Shown in pieces: positions 24,741 to 30,465 of a stretch of DNA of 30,465 nucleotides; position 1 is the first letter of the stretch; each line of letters begins with the position of its first letter. The notes under the pieces are model-generated. The model saw only the letters and a program-made list of their open reading frames with translations, ran no database searches and was not told the DNA's origin. The DNA is from Chlamydiota bacterium (GTDB lineage Bacteria > Auribacterota > Tritonobacteria > UBA1439). The DNA is taken from the NCBI GenBank assembly GCA_037133055.1, contig JBAXOY010000023.1:1-30465 (forward strand), read 5' to 3'. Both the position numbers and the translations under genes were made by a program.

Positions 24741-27700
24741 TCACTGCCAGCCGTAATCCATGTTTCCATCAGGCCCGGAATGCGTCGCAAATGTGGCTCC
24801 GCTATCCTGATAGTATCCGCAGGGCGTCGGCGCACCCTCGGGCTGGTAGCTGATGTGCACGGCAAACGGGATCGGCGTCACGGGCGGCGTCTCGGTCGGG
24901 GTGGGGGTGATGGTCGGCGTCGGAGTGATGGTCGGCGTCGGGGTGATCGTGGGGGTCTTCGTCGGCGTCGGCGTGTTCTCCGGGTAGGACACCACGACAT
25001 CGTCGATGTAGTGGTTCCCCGCGGAGGGGGTGCGCCTGAATTTGATATAGATATCGGTGAGCCCGGAAAGGGAGACCGTTTTCAGCTCCCACGAGCCGCT
25101 CCCGGAGAACGGGCTTCCCGTGACCGCCGTCCATGTCCCTCCGGGGTCCGGGCTTGTCGAACTTTCCACAATGAGACTTCCGCTCGTGCCCCTGTACCAG
25201 AAGGTCATCGCGCCCGGAGTGGTGAGTTGCGGCGTGATCAGGTAGTCGGCGTTCGCGTTGATCTGAGAGCAATGGGTGGCGCTGTGGTAGGTGTTCGTCC
25301 ACCAGACCGTCCCGCTTTCCGTCCACCCCGCCGGCGGATACGATGCGCCCTCGAAATCCTCGTTGTGAAGAGCGGTCGGCGTCGGCGTGCACGTCGGCGT
25401 CGGCGTGCACGTCGGCGTCGCCGTGGGCGTCCGCGTGGGCGTGCGCGTCGGCCTGGAAGTGCGGGTCGCGGTCGGAGGCGGGGTCCCCGGGGTCCCGTAC
25501 GGCGTGGGAGTCGGGGTGGGCGTTGGGGGGACATATCCGCGGTGCATCGCGTCGTACTGGTACATCGGCCACTCGAGCGAGCCGTCGGAGAACGGGACCC
25601 CGAGGTCCCACGCGTACACGTCGGTGACGGCGGGGCCGTCCGGGCTCGAGAGGACGTAGCTGTTCGTGCTCACGGCGAGGTCGAGATCGCCGTCGAGATC
25701 CAGGTCCGCGAGAACGGGCGACCCCATGATCCCGTAGCCCCAGATCGCCCGGAGCAGCTTCGGCCACCCCGCGAGGACGGCGCCGTCCGCCCCGCAGGCG
25801 AAGATCCTCTCGTCACCCGACGACACCTCGACGCCCGTGACGACGTCCATGTCCCCGTCCCCGTCGACATCCCCGATCACCTGGGTCCCGAAGATCCGCA
25901 CCGCGTACGGGAGGGCGACAGGCCAGTTCAGGAGGCTCCGCCCGTCGTGGTGCCAAGCGTGGATGGTGTTCGACCAGCCGCTGCTCGCGACGATCTCGAG
26001 GTCTCCGTCCCCGTCGAGATCGCCGAGGACAGGAGACGGGATCTCCGAGCCGAAGGCGGCCGTCGGCCACCCCGCCATCAGGCCGGGGGGCGAGAAGCGG
26101 GCGGCGCAGACCTTGTTGTTCAGGAGGGAGAACACCGCCTCCACCATTCCGTCCCCGTCGAGGTCTCCGAGGACCGGCGGGAATTCCGCCCCGTCCTCGA
26201 GGGCGATGGGGAAGCCGGGGATGGCCGTCCCGTCGGCAGCGAACGCGCAGAGGGCCGCGCCGCAGATCGAGACGATCTCCGGGACGGAGTCGCCGTTCAC
26301 ATCCCCGATCGCGGGGGAGGTCGAGGCCCCGCTCTTCGGCCATCCGGCGACCGGCGTCCCATCGTGGTGCCAGGCAGAGAGCGAGCTGCCGCCTGCGAAC
26401 ACCTCGAGGTCCCCGTCCCCGTCGATGTCGCCGAGGACGGGGATTCCCACCCCGGACTGCCCCTGCCGCGGCCAGCCGGGAAGGACCTGCCCCGATCCGT
26501 CGAAGGCGTAGACCGAGTCGCCGTTCCAGCCGAAGCCCGCGACGACCTCGTTGTCCCCGTCGCCGTCGAGGTCCCCGATCGCGACGGGAGGGATCCTCCC
26601 CCCGCCCGACAGCCCTCGGGCTACCACCGGCCAGCCGGAGACGACGGTCCCGTCGTGGTGCCACGCGATCACCCCCACGCTCAGCCCGTTCTGGTGGTTC
26701 CAGATCGCCGCGAGCTCGAGGTCCCCGTCCCCGTCGATGTCGCCCGCTGCGATGGGGCCGATGTTCTGCTCCCGTTGCGGCCAGCCCGGGAGGATGGAGG
26801 GATCGAGGCGGAGCGTCACGACCGCGGACGACTCGAGGCCGCCCGCGTAGTGCACCGTGACCCGGAGTGAATACGCGCCCGGGTCGACGAGCCCGGTCGT
26901 GTCCCACGATCCGAGGAGGCCGTCCCGCACCTCGATTAACCCCCCGTTCTCGAGGGCGATGCCGTCCGCACTCCAGGAGGAGGGGGACTCCCCCGCCCCC
27001 TGCTCGATCGTGTAGGACTCGAATCCGGCCGCCGCGGCGGTGCCCCGGATCTCGATGTTCACGTCGAACAGGCGCTGCACGTCCCCGTGGAGAGGATTCG
27101 TCATCGCCAGTTCGACCTGCGCGACCGTCACCGCCGTCCGGTCCGTGAACTCCGTCCCGAGGGCGTTCGCCGCGGCGAGCCGCAGCGTGTAGCTCCCGTC
27201 GGGAAGGGTGCTCACGTCCCAAGCCCCGAGCGTCCCGTGGGAGACCGGGGCGGTCACCGCCCCCCCGATCGCCGTCCAGGACGCCGGGGCGTCCCCGGCG
27301 CCGTACTCGAGGCGGTAGTGGTCGAACCCGGTCCCGCAGGCGCTCCCGGCCACCGTCACCGTCCCCTCGACGGAGGCGTAGTGCTCGGGGGAGGAGAGAC
27401 GCGCCTCGAGCGGAGAATCCGCGGCGAGCGCCGCCGCGGAGTCGATGCGCCCATATTCAAAGTCGCCGTCCCATCCGGCCGCCCCGATGTCGTCGGCCGA
27501 AACGCGCAGCGCCTGCCGGACCTGCTCCGGGGTAAACCCGGGGGATCGGGAGAGGATGAGCCCGGCAAGCCCCGCGACGTGCGGGCACGCCATGCTCGTC
27601 CCGCTCCACGACTCGTAGCCTGCGCTCGGTACGCAGCTCAGGATCCCCGCCCCGGGGGCGGCGACATCCACCCAGGGGCCGTGGTTCGACCAGGACGGCC

Positions 27701-28913
27701 GGACGTCGTTCGAATCGGTCGCGCTCACCGCAACGACCTCGTTGTAGCCGGCCGGGTACTTGAGCGCCGTCGAGCCGTCGTTCCCCGCGGCGGCGACGAG
27801 GACCACCCCCGCCGCATGGGCATACCGGATCGCCGACTGGATGGTGCTCGAGACCCCGCCCCCGCCCCAGCTCATGCTGATGACCCGGGCGCCGTTATCG
27901 GCGGCGTAGACGATCGCGGCGGCGCTGTCATCGGTCTCGAGGTAGCCGTTCCCGTCCGCCCCCTTGTAGCCGGCCCGCACGGGCATCAGCGAGCAGCTCC
28001 AGGCGACACCGGCGATCCCGGATGCATTGTTCGACGCGGCCGAGGCGATCCCCGCGCAGTGCGTGCCGTGCCCCTGGACGTCCATCGGGTCGTTGTCGCG
28101 CACGGTCCCGTCCTCTCCGGGGTAGACGGGGCTCTCGGTGTCGGTGAAATCCCAGCCGCGCACGTCGTCCACGTAGCCGTTCCCGTCGTCGTCGAGGCCG
28201 TTGTCGGGGATCTCGTCCGCGTTCGTCCAGATGTTCGCGGCGAGGTCGGGGTGCCCCCAGTCCACCCCGGTGTCCACGATCGCGATCGGGACGGCCGCGT
28301 CCCCGGTCTCCACATCCCATGCGTTCTCGGAGCCGATCTTCCCGTGGGACCACTGCTGCGGGTAGAGGGTGTCGTTGGGGACGACGGAGGTTTCGAAGAT
28401 GTAGTTCGGATGGGCGTCCTCGACGCCGGGGGTTTTCCGGTACTCGCGCGCCGCCGCCTCGACGTCGGCGCCCGGGTCGAGACGAAGGACCGAGACCCGC
28501 GAGAGGGTTTCCCGGAGAGCCGCCGCGCCCGAGGCTGTTTTCCCCTTGCGGACCGCGGGTATGAGGGGCGTTTTGTCGCGGAGACCGTACTTCAGGTCGA
28601 GGGTCGCGGCGACACCGCCCGGGACCGCCCCGCCGAGGCGGGCGGAACCGGTTTCGGAGTACCGGACGATGAGCTCGCCGGGAACGAACCGCGGCTCCGC
28701 CCCTATCGCAGGCGGGGAAATTACGCCGCCCTTGTTATAGCTCCACGCCGGAGTCGGTATGGAGGGGCCGACGTAGGGGCTTAATCCCGTCGGAGGGGAA
28801 TTCCGCCAAAACATCGGCCACGGCGCAGCGGCAAGTTGGGCGTGAGTCGCGGGAATGAACAATAACGTCCACAGGCATACCGCGATGCCGCCGGGAAAAT
28901 CCGTTCTTTTCAC
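24741..28913 (-). CDS. Secreted S8 subtilisin-like serine protease with two Ig-like repeats, FG-GAP beta-propeller, Pro/Thr linkers and C-terminal modules
   Basis: Signal peptide ending THA; triad AIVDTG, HGTHCAG, GTSMACP; oxyanion AAGN; eight DxDGDG-type loops; two PT tracts. GTG at 28913 has an AGAGG RBS. Confidence 0.92.
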   Translation of the reverse strand: MKRTDFPGGIAVCLWTLLFIPATHAQLAAAPWPMFWRNSPPTGLSPYVGPSIPTPAWSYNKGGVISPPAIGAEPRFVPGELIVRYSETGSARLGGAVPGGVAATLDLKYGLRDKTPLIPAVRKGKTASGAAALRETLSRVSVLRLDPGADVEAAAREYRKTPGVEDAHPNYIFETSVVPNDTLYPQQWSHGKIGSENAWDVETGDAAVPIAIVDTGVDWGHPDLAANIWTNADEIPDNGLDDDGNGYVDDVRGWDFTDTESPVYPGEDGTVRDNDPMDVQGHGTHCAGIASAASNNASGIAGVAWSCSLMPVRAGYKGADGNGYLETDDSAAAIVYAADNGARVISMSWGGGGVSSTIQSAIRYAHAAGVVLVAAAGNDGSTALKYPAGYNEVVAVSATDSNDVRPSWSNHGPWVDVAAPGAGILSCVPSAGYESWSGTSMACPHVAGLAGLILSRSPGFTPEQVRQALRVSADDIGAAGWDGDFEYGRIDSAAALAADSPLEARLSSPEHYASVEGTVTVAGSACGTGFDHYRLEYGAGDAPASWTAIGGAVTAPVSHGTLGAWDVSTLPDGSYTLRLAAANALGTEFTDRTAVTVAQVELAMTNPLHGDVQRLFDVNIEIRGTAAAAGFESYTIEQGAGESPSSWSADGIALENGGLIEVRDGLLGSWDTTGLVDPGAYSLRVTVHYAGGLESSAVVTLRLDPSILPGWPQREQNIGPIAAGDIDGDGDLELAAIWNHQNGLSVGVIAWHHDGTVVSGWPVVARGLSGGGRIPPVAIGDLDGDGDNEVVAGFGWNGDSVYAFDGSGQVLPGWPRQGQSGVGIPVLGDIDGDGDLEVFAGGSSLSAWHHDGTPVAGWPKSGASTSPAIGDVNGDSVPEIVSICGAALCAFAADGTAIPGFPIALEDGAEFPPVLGDLDGDGMVEAVFSLLNNKVCAARFSPPGLMAGWPTAAFGSEIPSPVLGDLDGDGDLEIVASSGWSNTIHAWHHDGRSLLNWPVALPYAVRIFGTQVIGDVDGDGDMDVVTGVEVSSGDERIFACGADGAVLAGWPKLLRAIWGYGIMGSPVLADLDLDGDLDLAVSTNSYVLSSPDGPAVTDVYAWDLGVPFSDGSLEWPMYQYDAMHRGYVPPTPTPTPTPYGTPGTPPPTATRTSRPTRTPTRTPTATPTCTPTPTCTPTPTALHNEDFEGASYPPAGWTESGTVWWTNTYHSATHCSQINANADYLITPQLTTPGAMTFWYRGTSGSLIVESSTSPDPGGTWTAVTGSPFSGSGSWELKTVSLSGLTDIYIKFRRTPSAGNHYIDDVVVSYPENTPTPTKTPTITPTPTITPTPTITPTPTETPPVTPIPFAVHISYQPEGAPTPCGYYQDSGATFATHSGPDGNMDYGWQ

Positions 28914-29027
28914 AGATGCCTCTTTTATAGGAGGACGCAAACGTATGAAGGAAGTGCGGCGAGGGAAGAAGTTTGTACGGTGCGAAAATTCACTTTCCCG
29001 GCGGAGGGGGGCCAGTGCCCCCCGGTT

Positions 29028-29813
29028 CTATTGGATCACCTTCAGGTTGGCGGGATTCGCCACAATCATGCGGAGATAGTTTCCATCCTCTTCCCTGCCG
29101 ATCTTCCCCGTAGCCCTGATTTTCTTGCCCTCGTAGTACGATGCGGCGTCGCTGTGGAACTTGGAGAGATCAGCGGCGGGGATATGGACGGACAAGTAGC
29201 TGCGGTAATCCTGATGGAAATTCAGGTAAAGATTCCCGTTGCTTTCGGAAACGTGCGTGCCCACGACCGTCCCCTCCACCGTTTTGATCTGATCGACGAA
29301 ATCGTCGGCATCTTCAAAGGAAATCACTCCCGGCGCGGTTTCATTTTTGGCGGATGATTCAGAGGGAGTTGACGCCGTCTCGCCGACGTTCCACTTCGCA
29401 CTGCAATAGGGACACCATCCTCCCTTTAGCGTGCTCGAGACCTTATACTGATTTTTGCATTTATAGCACTTGAACAATTTATAACTCTCAACAGGATATA
29501 CAGGCACCTCGATCGGCTTCTGCGCCGCTACCTTTTCGGGGGTCACCTTTTTCGCTGGTTTCGAAGCGCCGACCGTAATCATATCCTTGAACTTATCAAA
29601 GATTTTGCCCCCTAACCCCTTGAGACGCTTGAGATCATTGATGTTTGCATAGGGTCGGCCCTCTATTATCCTCTTCGCATACGCCGGGCCAATGCCCGGG
29701 AGCTCATCGAGTTCGCTCTCCGACGCCTTGTTGATGTCAACGAGGCAGAAGGCGGGGCGTACACAGAGGAGCACGGCGAGGACCACCGGCGGTAAAAGGC
29801 GTGCCATTTTCAT
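29028..29813 (-). CDS. ComEA-like HhH DNA-binding protein with Zn ribbon and C-terminal OB-fold-like domain
   Basis: Signal peptide; VDINKAS..EL..LPGIGP..AKRII..RPY....DL..LKGLG; CYKC...CPYC; VEGTVV...YLNF...YEGKKIRATGKI. Confidence 0.82.
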   Translation of the reverse strand: MKMARLLPPVVLAVLLCVRPAFCLVDINKASESELDELPGIGPAYAKRIIEGRPYANINDLKRLKGLGGKIFDKFKDMITVGASKPAKKVTPEKVAAQKPIEVPVYPVESYKLFKCYKCKNQYKVSSTLKGGWCPYCSAKWNVGETASTPSESSAKNETAPGVISFEDADDFVDQIKTVEGTVVGTHVSESNGNLYLNFHQDYRSYLSVHIPAADLSKFHSDAASYYEGKKIRATGKIGREEDGNYLRMIVANPANLKVIQ

Positions 29814-30463
29814 AGTTCACCATGTTTTAGAGGGAATTGTGGCGACGATGGAAAATCGAATGCCGCATTGTCGTCTTCCGCAAGTCGCAAGGAAGAAGAA
29901 AATCTTCCCGCATCCCGCTGCCAATGCGGCTCAACAGAAGGAGCAGGTGCAGGAACGCGATCGATTTCATCGCAATGCCCCGGTCCGATTGCGCCGCTGT
30001 TGAATGCATCGAGTAGTTCGGCATATTCGGTGCCGATGCTTCTCGCAAGGCCCGTGGGTTTACTTCCCAGGGGATGTATGGACAACCACGCATCCGCGCT
30101 GACAATTGCTGCGGCCACCACGGAACCATCCGCCCCGCGGGCGATGTTCAGCTTGGCGGCGATCAGTTGATGGGCAAGTATGAATGTTACGTCTCCTCTC
30201 GGATGCGTTTGCAGAATCTTCAGTACCTGGGCCTTCGAATAAATGACACCCCCGATTGAAAGAGAGGATACAGGCCAGGAGCCCGGATGATTCTTCCAAA
30301 ACCCCTGTGTAAAGGTGCAGTCTGCAGTTGAGGTGGGAGTAACGGTCGGCCGCTGCGTCGGCGTCTTGGTGGGCTTCGGCGTGTGCGTTATGCAATGAGT
30401 GGCCGTGGGAGTGGGAGTAACGGTCGGCCGCTGCGTCGGCGTCTTGGTGGGCTTCGGCGTGTG
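29810..30463 (-). CDS. 3' part of a Pro/Thr-repeat, probably secreted protein with a TQGFWKNH...LAHQLIAAKLN...GPGHC domain (5' end outside the window)
   Basis: The frame of ORF 29810-30121 stays open to the window edge: HTPKPTKTPTQRPTVTPT...CTFTQGFWKNHPGSWPV...LAHQLIAAKLNIARGAD...FNSGAIGPGHC. ATGA overlap with the next gene. Confidence 0.8.
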   Translation of the reverse strand, partial: HTPKPTKTPTQRPTVTPTPTATHCITHTPKPTKTPTQRPTVTPTSTADCTFTQGFWKNHPGSWPVSSLSIGGVIYSKAQVLKILQTHPRGDVTFILAHQLIAAKLNIARGADGSVVAAAIVSADAWLSIHPLGSKPTGLARSIGTEYAELLDAFNSGAIGPGHCDEIDRVPAPAPSVEPHWQRDAGRFSSSLRLAEDDNAAFDFPSSPQFPLKHGEL

Positions 30464-30465
30464 CG
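30333..30465. repeat. 78-bp period tandem repeat (26 aa) in the PT region
   Basis: Identical 55-mers at 30333-30387 and 30411-30465. Confidence 0.9.

Noticed and set aside
24714..28784. Long plus-strand ORFs (718 aa, 565 aa) and alternative-frame minus ORFs
   Set aside because: Arg/Gly/Pro-rich products of stop-codon scarcity in the GC-rich subtilase gene.
24741..30465. Taxonomic assignment to an uncultured anaerobic candidate phylum from the style of the PT-linker secreted proteins
   Set aside because: Impression only; there are no marker genes in the window, so it needs genome-level classification.

Overview
Bacterial window in which every credible gene lies on the minus strand. Most of it (about 180-19350) is one tightly coupled gas-vesicle (gvp) operon. 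It carries two gvpA copies with identical proteins, three helical GvpC-like ORFs, gvpN, gvpJ, a second GvpJ/S-type gene, gvpG, gvpO/R, gvpK and five GvpF/L paralogues. Embedded in it is a protein-quality-control set: Hsp20, an ArsA/GET3 ATPase, a full Cdc48/VCP AAA+ ATPase, a GvpF/L protein fused to an HPD J-domain, and a stand-alone 6x CxxCxGxG DnaJ-type zinc finger. A sigma54 -24/-12 motif with two tandem candidate enhancer sites lies in front of the operon, directly downstream of an NtrC-type activator gene. Two-component blocks flank the operon at both ends. Each contains a histidine kinase and a receiver gene translationally coupled to a paralogue of the same uncharacterised ~210-aa protein, which has TraB/TIKI-like motifs. 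The right end holds a GC-rich S8 subtilase/FG-GAP surface protein, a ComEA-like HhH-Zn ribbon-OB protein and the 3' part of a Pro/Thr-repeat secreted protein. Several short dispersed repeat families occupy gene junctions, and a 61-bp inverted pair brackets the gvp operon. I found no rRNA, tRNA, CRISPR array or transposase. All family calls come from motif recognition by eye; no database search was run.
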